From positions 53,047 through 117,046 of the forward strand of contig CABYZQ010000001.1 in NCBI GenBank assembly GCA_902523535.1: a stretch of DNA of 64,000 bases, given 5' to 3'. Numbering within the stretch: position 1 is the first letter of the stretch; each line of letters begins with the position of its first letter. Both the position numbers and the translations under genes were made by a program. Under the pieces are notes generated by a model. That model was not told the origin of the DNA. It ran no database searches and saw only the letters and a program-made list of their open reading frames with translations. The stretch comes from an uncultured Pelagibacteraceae bacterium. Lineage in GTDB: Bacteria > Pseudomonadota > Alphaproteobacteria > Pelagibacterales > AG-422-B15. This document shows positions 32,852 to 42,674 of this stretch, piece after piece.

Positions 32852-34413
32852 CTTACTTGTCGATCCTGATCTTTCCAATACGGTTCACGTAATACTTTTT
32901 TAAGAACTTTACCACTTGCATTTCTAGGAACTTCATCGATAAAATCAATTGACTGAGGTTTTTTATAGCTTGCAATTCTGTCTTTACAAAAATTGATTAC
33001 ATCTTCCTCGGTTAAATCAGAACCTTCTTTTTTTACAATACAAGCTTTAACTACTTCACCATATTTTTCATTAGGCACACCAATGACGGCAGCATCAATA
33101 ATATCTGAATGAGCAAACAAGGCTGCTTCTACTTCTGTTGAATAAATATTCTCACCACCCGATACTATCATGTCTTTGATTCTATCTTGGATATAAACAA
33201 ATCCCTCTTCATCCATTCGTCCAGCATCGCCTGTATGCATCCATCCCCCCATTAATGCCTTTTCTGTTTCTTCTTTTTTATTCCAGTACCCTTTCATAAT
33301 CTGAGGACCTTTTGCACAAATCTGACCTATCTCTCCAACAGGAAGTGGATTATCATTTTCATCTCTAATTTCAACTTGAGTATCTATAGCCGGTCTTCCA
33401 CAAGATTTTAAAAGATCAGGTTTTTCCTCGATAGCACGGATATGTTCTTCAGGTGTCATTAAGCAGATTACAGCTACTGTCTCTGTCATTCCAAAGCCTT
33501 GTCCAAATTTACACTTAAAAATATCCATTGCTTTTTTTAAAGTTTCAGGAGCTATTGGCGATGCCCCATAATGTATTTGGTCTAAATCTAAATACTCATG
33601 GCTTGCCACATCAGGTACTGAAACCAAACATGCTTGTATCATCGCTGGAACAAGAACTGTGTGGGTAATTTTTTCTTTAGCTAAGCAATCAACAACATCT
33701 TGTGGAATAAAATCTTCCTGAATTATATTAGTGCCGCCAATAGCAATACAACCACACATATTAATCATAGCAGCCGCATGATACATTGGTGCTACTAGCA
33801 ATGTCCTTGAGGGAGTTGGCAGTTTCAAGCTGTTTAAATACTGCCTTATATTCGCTGCGACGTTTTTTTGCTGTAAGACAGCTCCCTTTGGATGACCAGT
33901 AGTGCCGCTCGTGTACATTTGGTATACATCATCTTCAGCGCTAACATCAATTTGAGGCTTTTCATCTGGTTGATCGCTAATCCAATCATAAAATTCTATC
34001 CAATCACTTCCAAACTTTGATGACTCAATATAAATAAAATTTTGTATATGTTTGTAATTATCTCTACTTTTTTGTATTCTCTCACAATACTCATTACCTC
34101 TTATAATCATAATTTTAGATTGTGAGTCATTAACGATATATTCCCATTCTTGATCAGCTAAGCGATAATTAAGAGGAACCGGTACAATTCCAACTTTAGA
34201 AGCTGCATAGTACATAAATGCCATTTCAGAGGAATTCTTCGATAAAAATGCAAATCGATCACCCTTCTTTAGCCCTGCTGAAATCAATGAATGAGCTAGT
34301 TTATTACATAAAGTATTTGCCTCACGATATGTGATTTGTTTACCTTGGAACTCAGAGAATAAGAAATCTGGCTGTTTATCTAATTTATTTTCTAAATGTT
34401 CGTGCAGAAGCAT
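32848..34413 (-). CDS. AMP-dependent acyl-CoA synthetase (fatty-acid-CoA ligase-like)
   Basis: AMP-binding motifs YTSGTTGHPKG, GFGMTE, TGDAGRMDEEGF and GKVLK. Confidence 0.88.
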   Translation of the reverse strand: MLLHEHLENKLDKQPDFLFSEFQGKQITYREANTLCNKLAHSLISAGLKKGDRFAFLSKNSSEMAFMYYAASKVGIVPVPLNYRLADQEWEYIVNDSQSKIMIIRGNEYCERIQKSRDNYKHIQNFIYIESSKFGSDWIEFYDWISDQPDEKPQIDVSAEDDVYQMYTSGTTGHPKGAVLQQKNVAANIRQYLNSLKLPTPSRTLLVAPMYHAAAMINMCGCIAIGGTNIIQEDFIPQDVVDCLAKEKITHTVLVPAMIQACLVSVPDVASHEYLDLDQIHYGASPIAPETLKKAMDIFKCKFGQGFGMTETVAVICLMTPEEHIRAIEEKPDLLKSCGRPAIDTQVEIRDENDNPLPVGEIGQICAKGPQIMKGYWNKKEETEKALMGGWMHTGDAGRMDEEGFVYIQDRIKDMIVSGGENIYSTEVEAALFAHSDIIDAAVIGVPNEKYGEVVKACIVKKEGSDLTEEDVINFCKDRIASYKKPQSIDFIDEVPRNASGKVLKKVLREPYWKDQDRQVS

Positions 34414-34476
34414 TCCAAAATTTTATAGCGAAATTTATTTTCTACAAGTTGAAAGTTATCAAAAAATTATATAGTT

Positions 34477-36672
34477 TTATGGAAATTGAATTTCGTTAAA
34501 AAAGGTATTTTTTAGTTCTTCTCTAGCAAATAAATGAATTTGATCGTCATAATGATCTGAAGATCTATCCATTGTTGCACTTCCAAACTGATGAATACTT
34601 TTGGAAATCATTTCTTGTTCATTGTTCCATTTTACATAGATATACAGACCATCTCCAGCAACAGCTTTCAAAATACCATCTTCTGTTCTTGGCGAGTATA
34701 TTGCTCTTAAAACATCTGGTCCGCCTTGAATGTGAACTAAATTATTACCTCGTTCGAGAAAGCTGACTTCTTTCCAGCTAATGCTTAAACCTCCAAAATT
34801 AATTTCAAATTCATCCACACAATCTTTAAATATCTGAATTGCGTCTGGCTCTAATTCTCTTGTAATCTCAGCCAACCACTCAGGTGAAAGTATGCACACC
34901 CCAAAAGCTGCATGCTGATTATTTGAATCAGTTCCTAAATCCCAATCACTAAGAAAATCTTGAGCATCAATCAATCTTTGATCTCCTTTAAAATCATAAT
35001 CTAGTATTTTTTTTAAAAACCTATATTGACGAGAATTATATGAATATTTGTTGTCATGTTTAAACTTGTCCAATTCATTAAAAGAAATAGAGTCATTACC
35101 TTCAAATAATTCAAAAGATCGGTATGCTCTATTTGTCGTCCTCGTTTGAAAGCCCATAGTGGAATCAAAATTGTCAATTAATAGGTTGTCGGCCTTACTC
35201 GTTACAAAAAAAGGGTTCTGATTAGTACTAAATAAATATCCTGAGTCTGGATTCAAAATCTGTGGGATCTCTGTAAAGTTATGATACTCTGTCCAAATTA
35301 AATTTCTATCATCACCCGGGAGTACTTTCGTCCAATCATAATCAGAATTTCTTTTTGGAGCTTTCATATTGTGCACAAAGTAAATATTATCTTCTTTATC
35401 AGCATAAACTAAGTTAAAGCTAGCAATCTGCTGCATTTTTAATGCGCCAACCCACTCATCAAAATTCTTCGCCTTATTCATTTTGAACCACGCAGTTGAA
35501 TGATTAATAGTATCCATGCCAACAAACCTTATTGCGTAGGCTTTTTCACCATCTTTTAAAACAGGGCCATGCTCTGAATGATACATAGTGATTGGATAAT
35601 TAATATATAATGGGCCAAACAACTTTACTCGAAAGACTTGATCTCTTTTTATAAAGTCAGTCCATTCACCGTCCAATAAATATTGATCATTATTTTTTGA
35701 ATTTATCGTAAGCTTATATATATCAGATAAATCTGGTTGATTAACGGTAGCTCCCCAACCCAAGTGCTCGTTAAAGCCTTTATGAACAAATGGTGATCCA
35801 GGGAAAGTTCCACCCATAATATTTAGACCTTCGTCACTTTTGAGGTGAATTTCATACCAGGCAACTGGTCCAGTAAGAGGCTGGTGAGAGTTAATAATCA
35901 ACATTGTTTCATTATCTTTTGATCTTCTTTTTGAAACAGCAAAAGCATTTGAACCTGAGGGTTTAAAATGTGATTTAATACTTGCAACTATAGGGTTATT
36001 CGATAAATCATTTTTATTTATAGCTATAACTTGATCGTCATCACTCATTAAATTTATAATTTCATTTATTGTATGATCAATGCCATAGAATAAAGGTAAT
36101 TGAAAAGTCATCCCAACTAATAGATCTTTTGCTGTGGTTGGATAGAGAGATTGATCAACTAATTTTGGATTTAGTGCTGCATAATAATTTAATCCATCAG
36201 AGTATCCAGTTATATAATCAAGTGTTTCCTTAGGAATTTCAGTAATTTTTTTCTCAACTTTGCTTTTAGTATCAAAAAATTTAATCAAAAAATCTAATTC
36301 GACTCCTTCAATGGCGTCTATATTTTCCATTATATCACCATTTCCAGTTAAAAGTGCATACAGGGCTGAGATTGAATCAAAAGAAAAATTAAAATCAGAA
36401 AGAGTTCCTCTAGACATTTTAATCATCATTTCTATGTGCTCTAAATCGTCTTCCGCCTGAGCAACTGCAAATCCAAAAGCTGCATCTTTATCCCTCATAC
36501 CATGAACATGGGGAACGCCGTATGAGTCTCGTTTTATTTGATAGCTATAATTTTCTTCAACTTCTAAAAATTTTTTAGAGTCAAAATTAATTGTATTTCT
36601 GTAATTTTGTATAATTAAGAATATGACAAATATGACTACAATACCTAGCAGCGAAAATAATAATTTTCTCAA
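34477..36672 (-). CDS. penicillin/acyl-homoserine-lactone acylase family Ntn-hydrolase, membrane-anchored or secreted
   Basis: N-terminal hydrophobic anchor. The internal GSNAFAVSKRRS...NSHQP...WYEIHL matches the autoprocessing site (beta-subunit N-terminal Ser) of PvdQ/QuiP-like acylases. Confidence 0.8.
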   Translation of the reverse strand: MRKLLFSLLGIVVIFVIFLIIQNYRNTINFDSKKFLEVEENYSYQIKRDSYGVPHVHGMRDKDAAFGFAVAQAEDDLEHIEMMIKMSRGTLSDFNFSFDSISALYALLTGNGDIMENIDAIEGVELDFLIKFFDTKSKVEKKITEIPKETLDYITGYSDGLNYYAALNPKLVDQSLYPTTAKDLLVGMTFQLPLFYGIDHTINEIINLMSDDDQVIAINKNDLSNNPIVASIKSHFKPSGSNAFAVSKRRSKDNETMLIINSHQPLTGPVAWYEIHLKSDEGLNIMGGTFPGSPFVHKGFNEHLGWGATVNQPDLSDIYKLTINSKNNDQYLLDGEWTDFIKRDQVFRVKLFGPLYINYPITMYHSEHGPVLKDGEKAYAIRFVGMDTINHSTAWFKMNKAKNFDEWVGALKMQQIASFNLVYADKEDNIYFVHNMKAPKRNSDYDWTKVLPGDDRNLIWTEYHNFTEIPQILNPDSGYLFSTNQNPFFVTSKADNLLIDNFDSTMGFQTRTTNRAYRSFELFEGNDSISFNELDKFKHDNKYSYNSRQYRFLKKILDYDFKGDQRLIDAQDFLSDWDLGTDSNNQHAAFGVCILSPEWLAEITRELEPDAIQIFKDCVDEFEINFGGLSISWKEVSFLERGNNLVHIQGGPDVLRAIYSPRTEDGILKAVAGDGLYIYVKWNNEQEMISKSIHQFGSATMDRSSDHYDDQIHLFAREELKNTFFNEIQFP

Positions 36673-36674
36673 AA

Positions 36675-38342
36675 CTATGCTGACTGTTTATAAGACTGGG
36701 AAAGATCTAATGCAGGTAAAAAATCATTGCCTAAAATATGATCTGCTATTTTTTCAGCAATCATAATTGTTGGCGCATTTGTATTTCCACCAACTAAATT
36801 AGGCATTACAGAAGCGTCAACTACGCGAAGGTTCTCTAAACCGCGAACTCTCAATTTATCGTCGACAACAGCATTTTCATCGCTTCCCATTTTACATGTA
36901 CCAACAGGGTGATAAATTGTTTCTGCTTTTTCTCGAATGAAATTTTCTATTTGTTCATCTGACTGAACTTCAATACCAGGTGATATTTCTTTACCACGAT
37001 ATTCATCAAATGCTTTTTGGCTTATAATATCTCGAGACATTTTTACGCCTTCTATCATTACATCCCTATCCTTTTGTTCAGCAAAGTAGTTTGGCTGAAT
37101 TACAGGAGCAATACGAGGGTCAAGAGACTTAAGAGCAATATACCCTCTACTTTCAGGACGTAATTGACAAATATGATTACTAAAACAGTGGGATTCTGGA
37201 AGTTTAGCTCCATGATCTTGCAACAAGACGCTTAAAAAATGCATCTGTATATCAGGCACATCCAGAGATGGATCTGTCTTTAAAAAAGTAAGAACGTTTA
37301 GGGGTATCATGCCACCAGGTCCTTTTCTAAGAGTTCCCCACATACCTAAAATCCATGCTTGTTTTAGGAAGCCAAATGGGCCCATTACATATTTAGCGTC
37401 TGTAACAGGCTGGGTACATTCATTATGAGTAAGAATATCTAAATGATCTTGCAGATTTTCTCCAACTCCAGGGAGGTCACTAACAACATTTAAGTCCCAT
37501 TTTTTTAAATAATCAGCTTTTCCGATTCCTGATAGAAGAAGTATCTGAGGAGAGTTTATAGCTCCACCACAAACAATAACTTCCCTGTCTGCAAATACTT
37601 TCTCTAGCTTATTTTTTCTTAAAAATTCAACTCCAATGCATTTATTTTTTTCGAATAAAAGTTTTGAAGTTACCGAGTTAGTATAAATTGTGAGATTTTT
37701 TCTATGTTTTACAGGCGCAATAAATGAGTAAGCCGTACTTGCTCTTCTTCCATTGTCAATATTTTGAGATACGGGACCAACTCCCTCTTGATCTTCTCCG
37801 TTAAAATCTGGATTATACTTATATCCTGCTTGTTGACCCGCCTCCATAAATGCATAGTGAAGTGGATTGGTATCCAAATTTGGGTTAGAAACTTTTAGTT
37901 CTCCATTAGATCCATGATATAAGTCAGAACCGTTTTCGTTATTTTCACTTTTCTTAAAGTAAGGCAAGACTTCTTCATAAGACCAGCCAGCATTTCCAAG
38001 TTGTCTCCAGATATCATAATCACGGGCATGTCCTCTTATGTATAACATGCCGTTTATATTACTTGAGCCACCAACTCCTTTTCCTCTAGGGAAGAAAAGC
38101 TTTCGATTATTTAAATGTGGTTGCCCTTCTGTATAATATGCATAGTTATAAAGTTTTGCATCAAATGTCTCACCAGCCATTATCTTAGAAACACCTGAAG
38201 GCATTTTTATAAATGGGTGCCAATCAGTTCCTCCAGCTTCTAGAAGAAGAACTTTGACGTCTGGATTTTTTGAAAGTCGATTAGCTAGCACACATCCAGC
38301 CGAACCACCTCCTGCAATTATGTAGTCAAAATTCATTGACAT
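36675..38342 (-). CDS. GMC family FAD oxidoreductase (choline dehydrogenase-like)
   Basis: DYIIAGGGSAGCVLANRLS, GGSSNINGMLY and C-terminal HPVGTCKMG...GLENLRVVDASVMP. Confidence 0.9.
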   Translation of the reverse strand: MSMNFDYIIAGGGSAGCVLANRLSKNPDVKVLLLEAGGTDWHPFIKMPSGVSKIMAGETFDAKLYNYAYYTEGQPHLNNRKLFFPRGKGVGGSSNINGMLYIRGHARDYDIWRQLGNAGWSYEEVLPYFKKSENNENGSDLYHGSNGELKVSNPNLDTNPLHYAFMEAGQQAGYKYNPDFNGEDQEGVGPVSQNIDNGRRASTAYSFIAPVKHRKNLTIYTNSVTSKLLFEKNKCIGVEFLRKNKLEKVFADREVIVCGGAINSPQILLLSGIGKADYLKKWDLNVVSDLPGVGENLQDHLDILTHNECTQPVTDAKYVMGPFGFLKQAWILGMWGTLRKGPGGMIPLNVLTFLKTDPSLDVPDIQMHFLSVLLQDHGAKLPESHCFSNHICQLRPESRGYIALKSLDPRIAPVIQPNYFAEQKDRDVMIEGVKMSRDIISQKAFDEYRGKEISPGIEVQSDEQIENFIREKAETIYHPVGTCKMGSDENAVVDDKLRVRGLENLRVVDASVMPNLVGGNTNAPTIMIAEKIADHILGNDFLPALDLSQSYKQSA

Positions 38343-38866
38343 TATTTCACCTTTAACAAGTTTTTTTTATATCGTTTCATATTTTCAACATAGTGCAAAG
38401 CGCTTAATTCAATTATCTTTTTTTCCATATCTGTCAACTCTCGTTTTACTTTTGCGGGAGATCCAACAATTAGTGAATTATCTGGAAACTCTTTTTCTTC
38501 AGTAACTAAAGCATTCGCTCCCACAAGACAATTATTTCCAATTTTTGCTTTATTTAGAACAGTTGACCCCATACCAATTAGAGAGTTATTGCCCACAGTA
38601 CAACTGTGAAGAATAACCTTATGACCTACAGTTACATTATCACCAATTTTAAGAGGCATGCCGTCATCAGTATGGCAAACAGAATTATCTTGAATATTAG
38701 AATTTTCTCCTAAAATAATTGGATCGTTATCACCTCTTAAAACAGCGCCAAACCATACGCTTGCATTTTTTTTAAGGGTTACATCACCAATTATCGCCGC
38801 ATTGGGCGCAACCCAAAAATCCAAATTGTCTCTGCTTAATTGTTTATCGCCAAGTGAGTAAATCAT
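38342..38866 (-). CDS. gamma-carbonic-anhydrase-like left-handed beta-helix (hexapeptide repeat) protein
   Basis: YrdA/PaaY-like pattern: FWVAPNAAIIGDV, VWFGAVLRGD and hexapeptide repeats. The stop overlaps the GMC start by 1 nt. Confidence 0.8.
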   Translation of the reverse strand: MIYSLGDKQLSRDNLDFWVAPNAAIIGDVTLKKNASVWFGAVLRGDNDPIILGENSNIQDNSVCHTDDGMPLKIGDNVTVGHKVILHSCTVGNNSLIGMGSTVLNKAKIGNNCLVGANALVTEEKEFPDNSLIVGSPAKVKRELTDMEKKIIELSALHYVENMKRYKKNLLKVK

Positions 38867-38934
38867 AGGTTTTTATTTAATAAAATATTGTTTAAATATA
38901 TAGTATCTTTATTAGACAAAAATTGAAGAGAATT

Positions 38935-39495
38935 ATGGTTGCATTAGAAACTCCTATTTGTGATTTTGGTTGGAACGCACCTGACTTTAATTTACCTGGC
39001 ATAGATGGTAAAAGTTATCAATTTGATGATATAAAAGGAACTAACGGCACCTTAGTTATGTTCATTTGTAATCATTGTCCTTACGTGAAATCTGTTATTA
39101 GAAGGATTGTTGAAGATTGCAATTTAATAAAAGATAAGGGTATTGGCATTATCGCTATCATGTCTAATGACGTCAATGATCCTAAATATGGAGCAGAGGA
39201 TTCTTTTGAAAATATGAAACTTTTTGCACAAAACAATAAATTCAATTTTCCATACGTTTATGACGAAACACAAAATACTGGCAGATCGTATGATGCAGTT
39301 TGCACTCCTGACTTTTTTGGCTTTAATGCCAAAAATGAATTACAGTATCGAGGTAGGCTTGAAGCTTCGCAACAACAATTAATACCTAATGCAAAAAAAG
39401 AACTTCTTGAGGCAATGTCGCAAATAGCTGAAACAGGGGTAGGTCCAAAAGATCAAATACCAAGCATCGGTTGCTCTATAAAGTGGAAAGAATAG
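38935..39495 (+). CDS. thioredoxin-fold redoxin (AhpC/TSA-like) protein
   Basis: Redoxin pattern LVMFICNHCPYV. The ATG at 38935 is preferred over the TTG at 38923. Confidence 0.7.
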   Translation: MVALETPICDFGWNAPDFNLPGIDGKSYQFDDIKGTNGTLVMFICNHCPYVKSVIRRIVEDCNLIKDKGIGIIAIMSNDVNDPKYGAEDSFENMKLFAQNNKFNFPYVYDETQNTGRSYDAVCTPDFFGFNAKNELQYRGRLEASQQQLIPNAKKELLEAMSQIAETGVGPKDQIPSIGCSIKWKE

Positions 39496-39505
39496 ACTTT
39501 TATCT

Positions 39506-40615
39506 GTGATTATTATCACAACACAATGTTTTGCTCCTAAGATTGGTGGTATTGAATCTTTGATGACCGGTATGGCTGAGGCTATGAGCAATGCTGGTGA
39601 AGACGTATTAGTTTTAGCTGACGGAAAAAAAATTACAGATGATTACAAAAAAAAATATAAAATAGTAAGGTTTTCTGGATGGAAACCATTGCGAAGAAGG
39701 CGAAAAGCAAGATACATAAGGCTGTTAACTAAAAAAAATAAAATAGATAAAATTTATGCTGATTCATGGAAAAGCGTTGAATATCTACATGATATGAATT
39801 GTAGATTAATTGCGCTAGCTCATGGAACTGAAATACCAAAAAGATATCTTGACAATTTTTATGCTTATTTCAATATAAAAAGAAGGCGAATAATTAACTC
39901 TTATAATAATTGTGATTGCATCGCAGCCAATTCTACTTACACAAAAGATTTGATGATTGCTTCTCTAGCAATTTCTTCCGAAAAAATAAGAATTGTTCAT
40001 CCTGGAATTGATGTCTATAAAGATTTTATTCAAGAAGAAGATAGGGAGAGTGTTCGATCAATGATTGGTAAATCAGGTCCTATTATCACAACTCTAGCTC
40101 GAGTTGAAAAAAGAAAAGGTCATAAGTTTGTAATAAATGCAGTGTCAAAATTAAAATCTAAATTTCCTAATATGCTATATCTTATTGCTGGTAAGGGGCC
40201 ATATTTGGAAGAAATAAAGAAACATGTAAGAATGTTGCGACTTGAAAAACATATATATTTTCTAGGTTGGATTACTGAACCAGAAAAATCATTAGTTTTA
40301 CAAAACTCTGATTTATTTATAATGACCCCAACCACAGTTGGTGAATCTGTTGAGGGCTTTGGAATGGTATTTATTGATGCCGCTTTTCATGGCATTGCAA
40401 GCATAGGATCAATTAGTGGAGGTATTGCTGATGCAGTAATAAATAATCAAACAGGATTGCTTTGCGATGAAGGAGATCAAGAAGGCATTACTAAAAATAT
40501 TGATATGTTACTCAGTGATAAAGAGTTAAGAAATGAGTTTGGTAATAATGGTAAGCTTAGAGCAAGAAAAGACTATTCATGGGAAGCAAAAGTAATTGAG
40601 TATTTAGAGGTATAA
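39506..40615 (+). CDS. glycosyltransferase family 4 (GT-B, RfaG-like)
   Basis: N-terminal FAPKIGGIES, C-terminal EGFGMVFIDAAFHGI and the E-x7-E region. GTG start. Confidence 0.8.
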   Translation: MIIITTQCFAPKIGGIESLMTGMAEAMSNAGEDVLVLADGKKITDDYKKKYKIVRFSGWKPLRRRRKARYIRLLTKKNKIDKIYADSWKSVEYLHDMNCRLIALAHGTEIPKRYLDNFYAYFNIKRRRIINSYNNCDCIAANSTYTKDLMIASLAISSEKIRIVHPGIDVYKDFIQEEDRESVRSMIGKSGPIITTLARVEKRKGHKFVINAVSKLKSKFPNMLYLIAGKGPYLEEIKKHVRMLRLEKHIYFLGWITEPEKSLVLQNSDLFIMTPTTVGESVEGFGMVFIDAAFHGIASIGSISGGIADAVINNQTGLLCDEGDQEGITKNIDMLLSDKELRNEFGNNGKLRARKDYSWEAKVIEYLEV

Positions 40616-40626
40616 TAACTTTGTTT

Positions 40627-40703
40627 TGGTAGCGGGAGAGGGATTTGAACCCCCGACCTAAGGATTATGATTCCTCCGCTCTAACCAACTGAGCTACCCC
40701 GCC
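40627..40703 (-). tRNA. tRNA with CAU anticodon (elongator Met or lysidine-modified Ile2)
   Basis: Hand fold: GGCGGGG-TA-GCTC-AGTTGGTTA-GAGC-G-GAGGA-ATCATAA-TCCTT-AGGTC-GGGGG-TTCAAAT-CCCTC-TCCCGCT-A-CCA. Confidence 0.85.
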
Positions 40704-40729
40704 AAAGAGTGTCATCATATACAAATTAA

Positions 40730-41842
40730 TTAGTTTGTCGACTGGATCCATCCGCCACCTAGCAGACGTGTTCCATTTTCATCTTTATTGTAAAATACAC
40801 ATGCTTGTCCAGGAGAGACACTGCTTTCTGGTTTTAACAAGTTAACTATAGCTTTATTATCTGATTGAATTTCGATGACTGATTTTAATAAGTTTCCAGT
40901 AGACCTTACTCTTACTAATATATTGAGATCAGATATATCCGTGAGAAGATTTAATCTATCAACAATTATAGTTGAAGATTTTACTTCCTCTTTTGCAGCA
41001 ACTATAACCCGATTTTTTTCTGAAATTATTTCTTTAACATATAAAGGATTTTTCTCTGAAACTCCTAAACCTCTTCTTTGCCCAACTGTAAAATTGTGAA
41101 TACCATCATGTGAATTAAGTACTCTCCCTTCAGTATCAACAATATCCCCTTTTGAATTCTTAACACTGTCTTTAATAAAATCTTTATAATTACCATCTGG
41201 AATAAAACAAATATCCTGGCTATCTTTTTTATCATGTAAATGAAAATCCAGATTCTTAGCTATATTTCTTATTTTATCTTTCTTGTGATAACCAAGAGGA
41301 AAATCTAAAAAATCGAGATCCTTCTTTTTCGTTGTAAATAAAAAATAAGATTGATCACGGTCAGTATCCTCAGGAATATACAATCTCCACTCATTATTCA
41401 CCTTAATTTTTTTTATATAGTGACCAGTTACTAAACTCTTCGCATTTAAACTCTTTGCAAATTCAATGAGGTCCAAAAATTTTACTTTTTCATTGCAATT
41501 AATACATGGAATAGGAGTACGACCCTTTTCATAGTCATTGATAAAAGGCTGTATTACATTTTTTTTGAATATTTCTTCATAGTCTAAAACATAATGTGGG
41601 ATAGTTATGTCGTTAGCAATCTTCTTAGCATCTATAATGTCTGCACCAGAGCAACAGGATTTTGATTTAGAAATTTTCTTCTCATCATATAACCTTAATG
41701 TAACTCCAATGACATTTTCATTTTCTTTCTTCATTAAGGCTGCGGCAACAGAAGAGTCTACACCTCCTGACATCGCCACAACTGTCGGTTTTTTATTTCT
41801 TATTTCAGATGTTGTACTTTGCATAATAGTTATTAAATTCAA
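40730..41842 (-). CDS. mnmA: tRNA-specific 2-thiouridylase MnmA
   Basis: PP-loop VAMSGGVDSSVAA, CNxxxKF motif (PCINCNEKVKF) and TGHY. Confidence 0.93.
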   Translation of the reverse strand: MNLITIMQSTTSEIRNKKPTVVAMSGGVDSSVAAALMKKENENVIGVTLRLYDEKKISKSKSCCSGADIIDAKKIANDITIPHYVLDYEEIFKKNVIQPFINDYEKGRTPIPCINCNEKVKFLDLIEFAKSLNAKSLVTGHYIKKIKVNNEWRLYIPEDTDRDQSYFLFTTKKKDLDFLDFPLGYHKKDKIRNIAKNLDFHLHDKKDSQDICFIPDGNYKDFIKDSVKNSKGDIVDTEGRVLNSHDGIHNFTVGQRRGLGVSEKNPLYVKEIISEKNRVIVAAKEEVKSSTIIVDRLNLLTDISDLNILVRVRSTGNLLKSVIEIQSDNKAIVNLLKPESSVSPGQACVFYNKDENGTRLLGGGWIQSTN

Positions 41843-41897
41843 CTGGTATGTATAATATATTTGTCATATTGTCTAATCTACAAAAACTAACTAGAAA

Positions 41898-42674
41898 ATG
41901 ATTATAGACGACGATAAATCCCAAAAATTAATTACATTGGCCTTCAATGCGGGACAAGAAATTGTAAAAATTTACAATAAAAAAGTCACCAAAAAACTTA
42001 AATCAGATAATAGCCCTGTGACTAACGCGGATTTAAAAGCAAACTCTATAATATGCAAAGGATTAAGAAAATATTTTCCAAAAGTTCCTATCGTTTCAGA
42101 AGAATTAGATAACAGTCACATTAAAAATAAAAAAATATTTTGGCTTGTTGACCCACTAGATGGAACTAAAGAATTTCTTAAGGGTAATGGTGAATTTACA
42201 GTTAATATTGCTCTTATTATTAATAAAAGACCTATCCATGGTTTAATTTATATGCCAGCTAAGAATAAGTTTTATTATACAAAGAGTAAAAAATCATATT
42301 TTGCTAAGTTTGATCAAAAAGGAAAACTAAAAAATATAAAAGTTATTAAGGTTAAAAAAAGAAAGAAAAATATTTTAGTGTTTAGTCGCTCACATGGTTT
42401 ATCAAAAGAAAAGTTATTAGAAGCTAAGAAAGCAGTGTTTAAGAAATTTAATGCTAATCAAATCATTAGATCAGGTAGTTCAATTAAACTATGCTATATA
42501 GCCGATGGTACTGCAAATATTTATCCTAGACATGGCACGACTATGGAATGGGATATTGCTGCTGGGGATGCGATCTTAAGATATGCTGGAGGTTGCATAA
42601 AAACACTTGATAGAAAAATAATGAAGTATGGCAAACCTAGTTTTAAAAATACTTCGTTTATAGCTAAAAGTTAA
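41898..42674 (+). CDS. cysQ: 3'(2'),5'-bisphosphate nucleotidase CysQ (inositol monophosphatase family)
   Basis: SEE...WLVDPLDGTKEF and WDIAAGDAIL motifs. Confidence 0.85.
   Translation: MIIDDDKSQKLITLAFNAGQEIVKIYNKKVTKKLKSDNSPVTNADLKANSIICKGLRKYFPKVPIVSEELDNSHIKNKKIFWLVDPLDGTKEFLKGNGEFTVNIALIINKRPIHGLIYMPAKNKFYYTKSKKSYFAKFDQKGKLKNIKVIKVKKRKKNILVFSRSHGLSKEKLLEAKKAVFKKFNANQIIRSGSSIKLCYIADGTANIYPRHGTTMEWDIAAGDAILRYAGGCIKTLDRKIMKYGKPSFKNTSFIAKS

Noticed and set aside
39625-39654. A8 and A9 homopolymer tracts near the 5' end of the GT4 glycosyltransferase gene (and A9/T9 at 44693-44701 in the GT9 gene) as possible phase-variation switches.
   Set aside because: They correspond to runs of AAA lysine codons, which are common throughout this AT-rich, Lys-rich proteome. 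Nothing distinguishes them from the background without population data.
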